A stretch of 64,000 nt of DNA from Arcobacteraceae bacterium (GTDB taxonomy: Bacteria; Campylobacterota; Campylobacteria; Campylobacterales; Arcobacteraceae): assembly GCA_965224485.1 (NCBI GenBank), contig CBDCZH010000013.1:32001-96000 (forward strand). Reading direction: 5' to 3'. The position numbers and the translations under genes are program-made. The notes under the pieces are model-generated. The model was not told where the DNA came from. It searched no databases and worked only from the letters and a program-made list of their open reading frames with translations. Of this stretch, positions 51,256 to 60,967 are shown in pieces; within the stretch, counting starts at the first letter, position 1, and the number at the start of each line of letters is the position of its first letter.

Positions 51256-51615
51256 TTATTTTACTAAAGCATCTTTAGCAGCTTTTGCAACTGTAACAAA
51301 TGATTCAAAATCATTCATAGCCATATCAGCTAAGATTTTTCTATCTAATTCAATTTCAGCAATTTTTAAACCATTGATGAATCTTGAATAAGAGATGTCA
51401 TTTAATCTACAAGCAGCATTAATTCTAATGATCCAAAGCTTTCTAATATCTCTTTTCTTTTGTCTTCTATCTCTGTAAGCATAAACTAAAGAGTGTTCTA
51501 ATTGCTCTTTTGCTTTTCTAAAATGTTTACTTCTACCTGAAAAAAAACCTCTTGCGGCTTTTAATACTTTCTTATGTCTTCTTCTTCTTACTACACCAGT
51601 TTTAACTCTAGGCAT
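51256..51615 (-). CDS. rplT: 50S ribosomal protein L20
   Basis: [25 protein letters not shown]. Confidence 0.98.
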   Translation of the reverse strand: MPRVKTGVVRRRRHKKVLKAARGFFSGRSKHFRKAKEQLEHSLVYAYRDRRQKKRDIRKLWIIRINAACRLNDISYSRFINGLKIAEIELDRKILADMAMNDFESFVTVAKAAKDALVK

Positions 51616-51718
51616 TTCTTTCCTTTTACCGTATATTTTTATAAATATTGGGTGTCGATAATTAAATCGAACTTATCCACTTAATGTGGAGGGACTTATA
51701 ACTAACTAAAAAAGTTAA

Positions 51719-51916
51719 TTATGCTAGGCACAACATTCGTTTAACTCTTGTTGCATCTGCAGCTGAAACAGTTTTTGGACCTCTAAGATTTCTTTTAGTC
51801 TTTTGAGACATTTTAGTCAAGATATGACTTCTAAATGCTGATCCTCTTTTAATAGTACCATTCTTTTTTACTTTAAATCTTTTTAAAGCGCCACTATTAG
51901 ATTTCATCTTTGGCAT
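51719..51916 (-). CDS. rpmI: 50S ribosomal protein L35
   Basis: [20 protein letters not shown]. Confidence 0.97.
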   Translation of the reverse strand: MPKMKSNSGALKRFKVKKNGTIKRGSAFRSHILTKMSQKTKRNLRGPKTVSAADATRVKRMLCLA

Positions 51917-52081
51917 ATGAATCTCCTTTTAAATTTGCAATTTCTTATTCTGTATGAATACAAGATAGAAAAAGTTTGAGATTATACTTAAATTCTTCTT
52001 TAATTACGGTTAAATTATTTTAGGGGAGTGTTTTATCTAAGAGTAAGTGATAAAATATAATATTTTATCACTTAAAAAGTA

Positions 52082-52621
52082 CTACTTCTTACTAGTTTCA
52101 TCTTTTTTAGGAAGAGTTAACATATTTACATATCTTCCTTCAAGTCTTGGTTCTTTATCCATTACAGCGATATCTTCAACCATTGGCCAAACTCTTCTAA
52201 GAACTTCAGCTCCAACTTGTGGATGAGCCATCTCTCTACCTCTTAAGAATACTCTAAATTTTACATGATTTCCAGCTTCTAAGAACTCTCGTGCATGTTT
52301 TACTTTGTAAGAAATATCATTTTCAGCAATTTTCACAGATAGTTTAATTTCTTTAACTACTATTACTTTTTGATTTTTTCTAGCTTCTTTTTTCTTTTTT
52401 TCTTGTTGATATTTAAACTTACCATAATCCATGATCTTAGCAACAGGAGGTTTAGCATCTGGTGCTATTAATACTAAATCTAAACCTAATTCATCAGCAG
52501 TGTTCTGTGCATCTCTTGTTGGAATAATTCCATAATTAGTTCCTTCATCACTAGTACATCTAACTTCTCTCGCCATGATGTCGTCATTCATGATTACATT
52601 GTTTTTATTGCCTCTACTCAA
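52082..52621 (-). CDS. infC: Translation initiation factor IF-3 (TTG start overlapping the thrS stop)
   Basis: [19 protein letters not shown]-like FLRGRE. Confidence 0.97.
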   Translation of the reverse strand: MSRGNKNNVIMNDDIMAREVRCTSDEGTNYGIIPTRDAQNTADELGLDLVLIAPDAKPPVAKIMDYGKFKYQQEKKKKEARKNQKVIVVKEIKLSVKIAENDISYKVKHAREFLEAGNHVKFRVFLRGREMAHPQVGAEVLRRVWPMVEDIAVMDKEPRLEGRYVNMLTLPKKDETSKK

Positions 52622-54426
52622 ATTCTACTCCCGTTTTTTAATTCATTTACTAGTTCAAAGAATTTATCTTTGCTCATATTTGATTGTTCTCTTGTTCTTC
52701 TATTTCTTAAAGCTATTGTTTGGTTTTGAACTTCTTCATCACCTATAACAACTATCATAGGAACTCTTCTTTTTTCAGCCATTCTTACTCTTTTATTCAA
52801 ACTTTCATTCATTGAGTAAATTTCACCATCTATATCATTATACACTAATTCTTTATTTAATTCTTCTGCATACTGTACATGAGGTTGTGCAATTGGTATA
52901 AATATAACTTGTGTTGGTGCAATTGCAAAAGGAAACTCACCAGCACAGTGTTCAGTTAGAATACCAATAAATCTCTCAAAAGATCCTAAAATTGCTCTAT
53001 GAATCATAACTGGTTGTTCTTTTTCACCTTGGTCATTAATATACTCAGCTTTAAATCTGCTAGGTAAATTCATATCAACTTGAACAGTTCCACATTGCCA
53101 TTGTCTTCCAATTGCATCTGTTATTTTAATATCAATCTTAGGACCATAAAATGCTCCTCCACCTTCATCAATACCATATGAAATATTATTTTCATCTAAA
53201 GCATCCATGATACCTTTAGTTGTTTTTTCCCAGAAACTATCATCACCAATTGCTTTTTCTGGTTTTGTAGAAACTTCTATTTCAAATTTAAAATCAAACA
53301 TTTTCATTAAAGCATCAACAAACTCTAATACTTCAATGATTACACCTTTTACTTGATCTTCTGTACAAAAAATGTGAGCATCATCTTGAGCAAATTCACG
53401 AACTCTAAATAAACCATGCATTGCTCCACTCATTTCATGTCTATGAACAACTCCATATTCAAAAAGTTTCATTGGTAAATCTTTATATGAAACTAATTTA
53501 TGTTTAAAAATTTGTATATGACCAACACAGTTCATAGGTTTTAAACCATATTCTTGTTCATCAATAGTTGTAAAATACATATTTTCTTTATAGTTTTCAT
53601 AATGTCCAGATGTTTTCCACATATCAGATTTTAAAATCTCAGGACCACGAACTGGTTGATAACCTCTTACTCTATGAGCTGTATATAAGATATGTTCTAA
53701 TTTAGATCGAAGTCTTGCACCATTTGGTAACCATAAAGGTAACCCAGCTCCAACTTCTTCATTAAAAGTAAAAAGATCTAACTCATTTCCTAGTTTTCTA
53801 TGATCTCTTTTTTTAGCTTCTTCTAACATTCGTACATAATCATGTAACTGTTTTTTATCAAAAAAAGCAATTCCATAAATTCTTGTAATCATCTCATTTT
53901 TTTCATCGCCACCTAGATAAGCACCAGCAACTCTTGTAAGTTTAAAAGTTCTTATCATTCTAGTATTTGGCATATGAGGACCACGACAAAGATCTTCGAA
54001 ATCTCCTTGTTTGTACAAGGTTAATGTCTCATCAGTAATATTTTTTAATACAGCTTGTTTTAACTCATCATTTGCAAATTTTTCTAATACATCTTCTCTT
54101 GTTGTATCATATCTTAGTATTGGAAGTTTTCTTCCAGCGATTTCTTTCATCTTCTTTTCAATTACAAGTAAATCTTCATCAGATATTTTAGATTCAACTT
54201 TAAAGTCGTAATAAAAACCTTCTTTAACAGTAGGTCCTACAAAAAACTTAGCTTCAGGGTATAACTCTTTTATTGCCTGTGCCATCATGTGAGCACAGGA
54301 ATGTCTTAAAATCTCTAAAGATTCAGGTGAGTTATCAGCTTTTATTACATCTCCTTGGATGTTCAAAGCTTCAGCAGTTTGAAGGTCATAAATTTGTCCT
54401 TCATTTAATACACCAATTGGTTCCAA
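52618..54426 (-). CDS. thrS: Threonine--tRNA ligase
   Basis: [44 protein letters not shown]. Confidence 0.98.
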   Translation of the reverse strand: MEPIGVLNEGQIYDLQTAEALNIQGDVIKADNSPESLEILRHSCAHMMAQAIKELYPEAKFFVGPTVKEGFYYDFKVESKISDEDLLVIEKKMKEIAGRKLPILRYDTTREDVLEKFANDELKQAVLKNITDETLTLYKQGDFEDLCRGPHMPNTRMIRTFKLTRVAGAYLGGDEKNEMITRIYGIAFFDKKQLHDYVRMLEEAKKRDHRKLGNELDLFTFNEEVGAGLPLWLPNGARLRSKLEHILYTAHRVRGYQPVRGPEILKSDMWKTSGHYENYKENMYFTTIDEQEYGLKPMNCVGHIQIFKHKLVSYKDLPMKLFEYGVVHRHEMSGAMHGLFRVREFAQDDAHIFCTEDQVKGVIIEVLEFVDALMKMFDFKFEIEVSTKPEKAIGDDSFWEKTTKGIMDALDENNISYGIDEGGGAFYGPKIDIKITDAIGRQWQCGTVQVDMNLPSRFKAEYINDQGEKEQPVMIHRAILGSFERFIGILTEHCAGEFPFAIAPTQVIFIPIAQPHVQYAEELNKELVYNDIDGEIYSMNESLNKRVRMAEKRRVPMIVVIGDEEVQNQTIALRNRRTREQSNMSKDKFFELVNELKNGSRI

Positions 54427-54528
54427 TCATTTCCTTTTTATATATAAATATATTATTTAATAAAATTTTAAATATTTTATCTTAATTGCACTTAAAAATA
54501 CTTAGTAATACCTTTTTTTAATATAAAT

Positions 54529-55056
54529 TTGTTACAATGTTTAATGATATTAAACATTTCAAAGATAAAAACAGAAGCAATTTTACTTTTTTGCAAGGAT
54601 TTAATTCTTGCTTATCAAAATGAAGAAAAAAATCTTTTTGATATTGATTTAGATGTAGATAAAATAATGAGCGAAACATCTGCTGATATATTAAAACAGA
54701 TTAATGCTGTAACATATGAACAAAATCATTATTTAAACAATAGAACACATTATAAAATAAAAGCTGTTTTAAATTCTTATAATTTTATTAACGATGAACT
54801 AAATAATGAATTAAAACTTGGCTGTGAATTCAATCCTTCTATGCTTTATTTCTCGCTTTTATCTACTTGGTTTAAAGAACTAAATAAAGAGTCACGTTCA
54901 AAAGAGTATATTTATTTTATTTTATATCCATATACAAGGGTATATGACAAATTATTAGTAAATATAAGTGATGATAAATTTAAAAAATTAAATATTTCAA
55001 TGTTAGAAATTGCAGAGAGAGTTATTTTTAAATTAGATAAAATATCTTTTAAATAA
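54529..55056 (+). CDS. Hypothetical protein
   Basis: 175-aa ORF with host-like codon usage; start uncertain. Confidence 0.65.
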   Translation: MLQCLMILNISKIKTEAILLFCKDLILAYQNEEKNLFDIDLDVDKIMSETSADILKQINAVTYEQNHYLNNRTHYKIKAVLNSYNFINDELNNELKLGCEFNPSMLYFSLLSTWFKELNKESRSKEYIYFILYPYTRVYDKLLVNISDDKFKKLNISMLEIAERVIFKLDKISFK

Positions 55057-55113
55057 GAAGTATGCTTAAGAAAAGAAAAAACTCTTCTTTTCTTAAATAT
55101 TAAGTATCTTGTA

Positions 55114-56670
55114 TTAGAATATATATCTTATATATCCTGTTATATTTGTAGCTTCTTTAACTGCATTTGCAGCCATTGGTGAGTCTATATCTAAAGGTGT
55201 TCCATAATCTCCAAAAAAACCATTACTTCCAGTATAATCATATTTTATTTTTGTAAATCTTAGTGAGGCGTTTAAGGCTTTAGTTAATGATTTTGTATAA
55301 TAAGCTTCCCAAGCAGTTCCTCTAGCTGCTATTTTAGAGCCAGCCATCGAATCTTCACCATAAGTCATAGATCTCCAGTATTTACTTCCTTTATTCCATT
55401 CTAAACCAAATCTTCCATCTTGTGAAAAACCATCAGGAACATTCAATCCTAACCAGTAAGAATATCCAGTTTGTGAGGAGGTAGATCCTAACATACTCTC
55501 TTTTGAATTTGGAGATGTTTTACTTTGTGCAAAGGAAGCAAAAAAGATAGAGTCGTCTAAGAAATCAGATATTCCATCTCCTAAACCTTCAGCTTTAAAC
55601 ATTGTAGTAAAAAATTCTATATCTCCAAACTCATAAAACTTTCCATTTTCATCAGCTGTGTTCATATTGCCATCTCTATTTTTATTACCAATTAAGTTCC
55701 AAGCTTTTGCATAATTCATATGAACAGAATACTGCCCATTATCATAAGGAACAAAGATAAACCCAGCCATATCAACATTATTAGTAGTATTAGAGTTTTT
55801 CATATAATCTAAACCATCACTTGAGAATCTAAGTTTAGCATTACTTAATCCTCTTCCTCCACAGAATTTTAACCACATTCCTTCAATACCAGTAATCTTA
55901 TCTAAGTTAAATTTAGCACTTGCACCATCAAACTCAACATTTACTGTATGAGAAAGTGCAGATTTTCTGCTTTGGTTGACTCTTAAGTTTATTCCTAAAC
56001 CGTCAGTTGATGGTCGTCTCCCTACTGAAGCTGTCCAAGAAATATCTTTATTTCCTAAAAAAGTATCATTCATATATAGCCAATATGCTTCTTTTACTTT
56101 TAAGCTATTATCATTTGATGCTGTTTCATTAGTAATCCAATCAAAACCTGCATTATTAGCAGTTCCACCAGCATTTGTTACATCAGCTCTATTATCACCA
56201 AATAGTTTGTTATATGCTAATGTTCCATAAAAAAGTGAATTCTCATCTGCTTGATATTTCATACCTAATAAGAGTCTATTAGACATAATTGCAGAGTTTT
56301 TTATTTTCTCACCATTGGCTAGTTTGTATTGTAAGTTATCTACTTGTGTTCTAAAGTCAATATTCCACTTGATATTATCTCCTGCATCATGAGCTTTAAC
56401 TTTATTTATTTTTTTAGAATTTTTTGCAAGTTTTTTCTCTATTTTTTTTAATCTTTTTTCTGTAGAAACAGATGGTTTAGCTTCTATTATTCCTTGTGTA
56501 TTTATTCTTTTCTCCAAAGCAAATAGTTGTGCTTTTAATGCTTGTATTTGTATTTGTAAGTCATTAGTGCTTAAAGTGGAACTGTAAGCAGATGTAAGAA
56601 GAGTGCTTATAGAAAAAAATACAAGAAGTGATTTTTTACTTGTACGTAAAATAGAATCTATGTTTTTCAT
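55114..56670 (-). CDS. DUF3373-like outer-membrane beta-barrel protein
   Basis: Signal peptide, N-terminal coiled coil, SVGRRPSTDG, GSKYW, AARG, C-terminal aromatic YIF. Confidence 0.8.
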   Translation of the reverse strand: MKNIDSILRTSKKSLLVFFSISTLLTSAYSSTLSTNDLQIQIQALKAQLFALEKRINTQGIIEAKPSVSTEKRLKKIEKKLAKNSKKINKVKAHDAGDNIKWNIDFRTQVDNLQYKLANGEKIKNSAIMSNRLLLGMKYQADENSLFYGTLAYNKLFGDNRADVTNAGGTANNAGFDWITNETASNDNSLKVKEAYWLYMNDTFLGNKDISWTASVGRRPSTDGLGINLRVNQSRKSALSHTVNVEFDGASAKFNLDKITGIEGMWLKFCGGRGLSNAKLRFSSDGLDYMKNSNTTNNVDMAGFIFVPYDNGQYSVHMNYAKAWNLIGNKNRDGNMNTADENGKFYEFGDIEFFTTMFKAEGLGDGISDFLDDSIFFASFAQSKTSPNSKESMLGSTSSQTGYSYWLGLNVPDGFSQDGRFGLEWNKGSKYWRSMTYGEDSMAGSKIAARGTAWEAYYTKSLTKALNASLRFTKIKYDYTGSNGFFGDYGTPLDIDSPMAANAVKEATNITGYIRYIF

Positions 56671-56843
56671 TAATTTTATCCTTAGTTTAGTTTTTAAATA
56701 TAAGATATTCTAATAACTAGTTTTTATTTAGTATATATCTTTGTTATTTAAGTTAAACTTAAGGATAGATTATATTTTCTTATAATTATAAAAAGTATCA
56801 CTTATAATAAGCGATACTCAAGTGTTCCAAGTCTTTTTTTGTA

Positions 56844-57167
56844 TTAACAAGAAGGAACATTTCCTGAATCATTTGCAAATTCGTAAGAAAATTCATAAAT
56901 ATGACCCTGCCAAGATTCTTTAATATCACCTTTTTTTATATTTGGACATATTTTAATTATTTCATTTTCAAATTTTCCACTTTCTTTTAAGTTTTCCCAT
57001 TCATCTTGAGAATGAAATGCAGCAAATTTAGCACCTGTCATTTCACAAGCTTTTTTCATTTTTTTTACAAATAACTTTTGTCCCTTAACTGCACTAGCGC
57101 TTGCAATTGTAGTCGAGATACCTAAAACTAAGACTGATGTTAAAGCAATTTTTACTAATTTTGTCAT
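56844..57167 (-). CDS. Small exported Cys/His protein (cytochrome c-like family) lacking CxxCH
   Basis: Signal peptide, KGQKLF..C...H.QDEW...C...DSGNVPSC; AGGAG RBS. Confidence 0.65.
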   Translation of the reverse strand: MTKLVKIALTSVLVLGISTTIASASAVKGQKLFVKKMKKACEMTGAKFAAFHSQDEWENLKESGKFENEIIKICPNIKKGDIKESWQGHIYEFSYEFANDSGNVPSC

Positions 57168-57318
57168 TTTATGACTCCTAATTGAATTTTTGATATACTT
57201 AAATATATTATAGGTTAAATATTATTAAAAAAGTACTTAAAAAAACTATAATTTAGATGAAATTTAATATAAATAAAACTTATATAACTTCTCTTTATAT
57301 TTATTATTGGAAAAAATT

Positions 57319-58647
57319 ATGAAATACTATATTTTAAAAGAACTTGTAAGCTTTTTAAAAAAGAATCTTACAAATATCAAATTAGCAAAAAGAGTTTCAA
57401 ACAATACTATTAAACTAGAATTTAACTCATTAAATACTATTTATTTTGACTTAAGCAAGGGAAATTCTTTAGTTTACAAAAAAAATAATCATGAAACAAA
57501 TGTAAAGAATTATGGAGCTCCTTTTGACACAATCTTGCAAAAAAGATTTAATAATTCAAAAGTATTTGATGTTGTTTTACATAATGATGATAAAGTTATA
57601 CGTTTTTATGTAAAATCAAAATCTTCATATAAAGAACAGACTACAATTTTACAGTTAGAGTTTACAGGTAAACACACAAATATTGTTATTTTAGATGAAA
57701 ATGAGTTTATTTTAGAAGCCCTAAGACATGTTGATGAATTTTCTTCATCAAGAGTCATAAAAGTGGGTGAGAAATTAAGTGAAATTCCAAAACAAAGTTT
57801 TATTCCAAAAATAGAAAAAATAGAAAACTTAGAAAATCTTTTATATGAAATATATTCCAAAAAAGAAGAAGCTGAACTAAATAACTTAAAAAAAATAAAG
57901 ATCTCTTCTTTACGAAAAAATGAAAAAAAACTAAATAATTTATTAAAAAAACTTCCAAAAAAAGAAGAATTAAAAAAATTATCCGAAGAGCTTTATGAAA
58001 AAGCAAGTTTGATTTTTAGCAATATCCATCTCATAAAACCTTATGATAAAACTATAAAAGTTTTTAATTATGAGGGGAAAGAAGTTGAACTTAGTTTGGA
58101 ACTTAAAGGAAGTGTTTCTTCTTATGGAAATGACTTATTTAAAAAAGCTAAAAAAGCAAAGCAAAAAAGTGAATTTATTTCTTTAGAAAAAGATAACTTA
58201 GAGCAAAAAGCATGTTTTTATCAAAGAATGATAAAAAGTATACAAAATGCTACTACTATAGATGAATGCGAGTTTTTAGCTCCTAAGAAACAAAAAAATC
58301 AAACAAAAACAAAAAAAGCCCAACCTTATGAATCTTTTTTCTTTAATGGATTTAAAATCATGTTAGGAAGTGATGAAAGATCAAATATTTTTTTACTAAA
58401 AAATGCAAAAGCAAGTGATTTTTGGTTTCATTTAAAAGATAAACACTCTTCTCATGTTATAGTTCAAAATACCAAAAAAACTATTCCTTTTGATGTAATA
58501 GAAAAAGCAGCAATGTTATGTGCAAAGTTTTCAACTGATTATGAAGGAAATTATTTAGTCGATTTTACTCAAAGAAGAAATGTAAAAATACAAAGTGGAG
58601 CAAATGTATTGTATAATCCATACGATACTATTAAAGTTAATATATAA
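57319..58647 (+). CDS. NFACT/RqcH (FbpA-like) ribosome quality-control family protein
   Basis: LEFTGKHTNIVI, coiled coil, DFWFH....SSHV NFACT-R domain. Confidence 0.88.
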   Translation: MKYYILKELVSFLKKNLTNIKLAKRVSNNTIKLEFNSLNTIYFDLSKGNSLVYKKNNHETNVKNYGAPFDTILQKRFNNSKVFDVVLHNDDKVIRFYVKSKSSYKEQTTILQLEFTGKHTNIVILDENEFILEALRHVDEFSSSRVIKVGEKLSEIPKQSFIPKIEKIENLENLLYEIYSKKEEAELNNLKKIKISSLRKNEKKLNNLLKKLPKKEELKKLSEELYEKASLIFSNIHLIKPYDKTIKVFNYEGKEVELSLELKGSVSSYGNDLFKKAKKAKQKSEFISLEKDNLEQKACFYQRMIKSIQNATTIDECEFLAPKKQKNQTKTKKAQPYESFFFNGFKIMLGSDERSNIFLLKNAKASDFWFHLKDKHSSHVIVQNTKKTIPFDVIEKAAMLCAKFSTDYEGNYLVDFTQRRNVKIQSGANVLYNPYDTIKVNI

Positions 58648-58667
58648 AAACATATAAAGGATTTTAT

Positions 58668-59249
58668 ATGAAAAAGATATTTTTAATCTTAAGTTTACTT
58701 CTACTTTTTGTCTCATGTTCTAGTAAAATTCCTGTAGAAATACACAAAAACAAGAATTTAAGTATAGATAAAAGTAAAAAGATAATTTTCTTAGAGTTTC
58801 AAAACTCTTCTGTAGAAAATATAAAAATCAAAGAAATGTTAAAACAAGCCCTAATAAACAAAAACTACGCCCTATCTTCAAAATTGTATGAAGTTGATTA
58901 TTATGTTTTTATTCATATAGTAAGTGCAAAAAGCCTTGAGATGTCTTTGGCTAAAAAAAGTATACTATCTAATATAAATTTAAATTTAGGACTTGGTAAA
59001 ACCTTTGGTTCCAATGTTGGAGTGAGTACTAGTGTAGGAACAAGTCTTGGAAATATATTTAATAAAAATGAAAAGCAAAAAGTATTTCAAATAATTGTTG
59101 ATTTAAATATTGATGAATATAAAAATAATGAACTTTTTAAATCAAAAGAAAACCAGATTGTTTTAACATCTTCCTTTAATGAAAAAAAAGAACTAGTTCT
59201 TGAAGAAATAGAAAAAAAACTAATAAAAGAAATAGAAGATATCTTTTAA
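58668..59249 (+). CDS. Hypothetical lipoprotein
   Basis: Lipobox FVSC, Gly-rich central segment. Confidence 0.7.
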   Translation: MKKIFLILSLLLLFVSCSSKIPVEIHKNKNLSIDKSKKIIFLEFQNSSVENIKIKEMLKQALINKNYALSSKLYEVDYYVFIHIVSAKSLEMSLAKKSILSNINLNLGLGKTFGSNVGVSTSVGTSLGNIFNKNEKQKVFQIIVDLNIDEYKNNELFKSKENQIVLTSSFNEKKELVLEEIEKKLIKEIEDIF

Positions 59250-59333
59250 ATAGTTTAAATTTATAATATCTTATTAGTTTATTATAAAGTCATTTTTGTT
59301 AGAATATAAAAATTTTGTAATTAAAGGAAGAAA

Positions 59334-59729
59334 TTGAAAAGTATTATTAAGTTAGGTGCAATGATTGCATTAATAAGTTTTGTTTTTGTTGGTTGTAGAA
59401 ATATGGCTGTTTATAATGTAAGTAATAGTCCTATTATGGCTAAAGTATCAAATGATAAGGTTTTTACTGCTATTAAAAAAGCTGGGTATTCTAAGGGTTG
59501 GATTATTACTAAAGTGAAAAATGGTTTAGCTCAAGGTAAAATTAATTTAAGATCTCATCAGGCAATAATTGAGATTCCTTATACTAGTAAAAGTTTTTCT
59601 ATTAAATATAAAAATAGTATAAACTTAAAATATGATTCTGTTAAAGGAACAATCCACAAAAACTATAATGGTTGGATTCAAAATTTAGAAAATGCAATTA
59701 ACTTTGAACTAGAAGCTTTAAATATGTAA
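59334..59729 (+). CDS. Conserved hypothetical lipoprotein
   Basis: Lipobox FVGC, KGW, IHKNYNGWIQNL. Confidence 0.75.
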   Translation: MKSIIKLGAMIALISFVFVGCRNMAVYNVSNSPIMAKVSNDKVFTAIKKAGYSKGWIITKVKNGLAQGKINLRSHQAIIEIPYTSKSFSIKYKNSINLKYDSVKGTIHKNYNGWIQNLENAINFELEALNM

Positions 59730-59733
59730 AAGT

Positions 59734-59758
59734 CTAAGCTAAGAGAAATCTTAGCTTA
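59734..59758. terminator. Hairpin between convergent genes
   Basis: CTAAGCTAAGA/TCTTAGCTTAG. Confidence 0.7.
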
Positions 59759-60967
59759 GTTTTTTATCTTTTTACCTACACAAGATATCTCTATTTTTTT
59801 TACAATTTTCAAGTGAATACAAAACTTTATATTACATAACTCTTCTTTTAATAAAAGTTGAATTTCTTTATTCTTAAAATCATAGGTACTTTCTAAAATA
59901 ATTTCAAGATCTTCTGCTCTTAAAGAACTTTTTGAAGAAACAACAAAAACTAAGGCCTTATTTATATTTTTATGTTTTTCTAAAATATTTTCAATTTCTA
60001 CAGTAGAGAACCTTTTACCAGCTATCTTTATAATTTTAGAACTTCGTCCTAGGAGTTTAAATCTATCTTTTGTAAGCTCAACATAATCAAAACTTTGTAT
60101 CTCTTGTTTTGTTTGTTTAAAGCTAGTTTCGTAAATAACTTCAGAAACAAAAGGTGACTTAATTTTTAATTCATTTTTTTCATTTGTGCTTAATTTTACT
60201 TTATTTAACTTAGTCCATAAAAGTTCATCATTATATTTATAAGCAATTCCTCCTGTTTCTGTTGAACCAAATAATTGCAAAATATCACAAGAAAATTTTT
60301 TATTAAAATATTTTGAAGTATTAGTATCTAAAGGAGCAGTTGAGCTTATAAATAATGAAGTAGAAAGGTTTTTTTTAGTCTCTAATCTATTTAAAGCTTT
60401 AATATATAGAGGTGTTGTTACAATTAAAGTATGTTCATCAATAAAATCTAATAAATCATTGGGTAAAAAATGCTCTTTGAGTATAATGTCTAAATTATTT
60501 AATAAGGGATAAAATAAGCCCAATAAACTGCCATAAAAATGTATAAAAGGAACAGTTACTATAACTCTTTTTATCTTATATTTTTTTATTAAATTTTTTA
60601 TTTCTTCTAGTTCTTGAAAAATGTTAGCTTTTGTTTTTAATGCTCCAAGAGCTAAACCAGATGTTCCTGAGGTAAAATAAGTAAAAGAAAAAATTTCTTT
60701 AGTAAAAATATTGTTATCATTTCTTTCTTGCGCAAAAGCTTGTATATTTAAATCTTTTATCTTTTTAGCTAAAGCTTTATTTTTATTATCAAAAAGAATT
60801 GATTTTGAATCATTAAAATATGATTTAAAAATATCTAAGGCATTTTCTTCTTTTTTATCCATGCTGATGTAAGATACTTTATTTTTATAAGATATATCTA
60901 AAAAATTATCTTTTTTTATTATGTATTGTCTAAAGATATTATTATCTTCATAAACGCTAAGAGTCAT
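59756..60967 (-). CDS. AMP-binding acyl-CoA/ACP synthetase (ApeH-like)
   Basis: FTSGTSG, PFIHFYG, FGSTETGGIA, GRSSKIIKIAGKR. Confidence 0.85.
   Translation of the reverse strand: MTLSVYEDNNIFRQYIIKKDNFLDISYKNKVSYISMDKKEENALDIFKSYFNDSKSILFDNKNKALAKKIKDLNIQAFAQERNDNNIFTKEIFSFTYFTSGTSGLALGALKTKANIFQELEEIKNLIKKYKIKRVIVTVPFIHFYGSLLGLFYPLLNNLDIILKEHFLPNDLLDFIDEHTLIVTTPLYIKALNRLETKKNLSTSLFISSTAPLDTNTSKYFNKKFSCDILQLFGSTETGGIAYKYNDELLWTKLNKVKLSTNEKNELKIKSPFVSEVIYETSFKQTKQEIQSFDYVELTKDRFKLLGRSSKIIKIAGKRFSTVEIENILEKHKNINKALVFVVSSKSSLRAEDLEIILESTYDFKNKEIQLLLKEELCNIKFCIHLKIVKKIEISCVGKKIKN

Noticed and set aside
52618..54426. Short ThrRS N-terminus and TTG starts of thrS/infC as anomalies
   Set aside because: These are ordinary features of Campylobacterota orthologues.
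2705..58006. Numerous 60-110 aa antisense or alternative-frame ORFs in the track (e.g. 6573-6899, 19086-19391, 48456-48746)
   Set aside because: They overlap well-supported genes and have no motifs or RBS.
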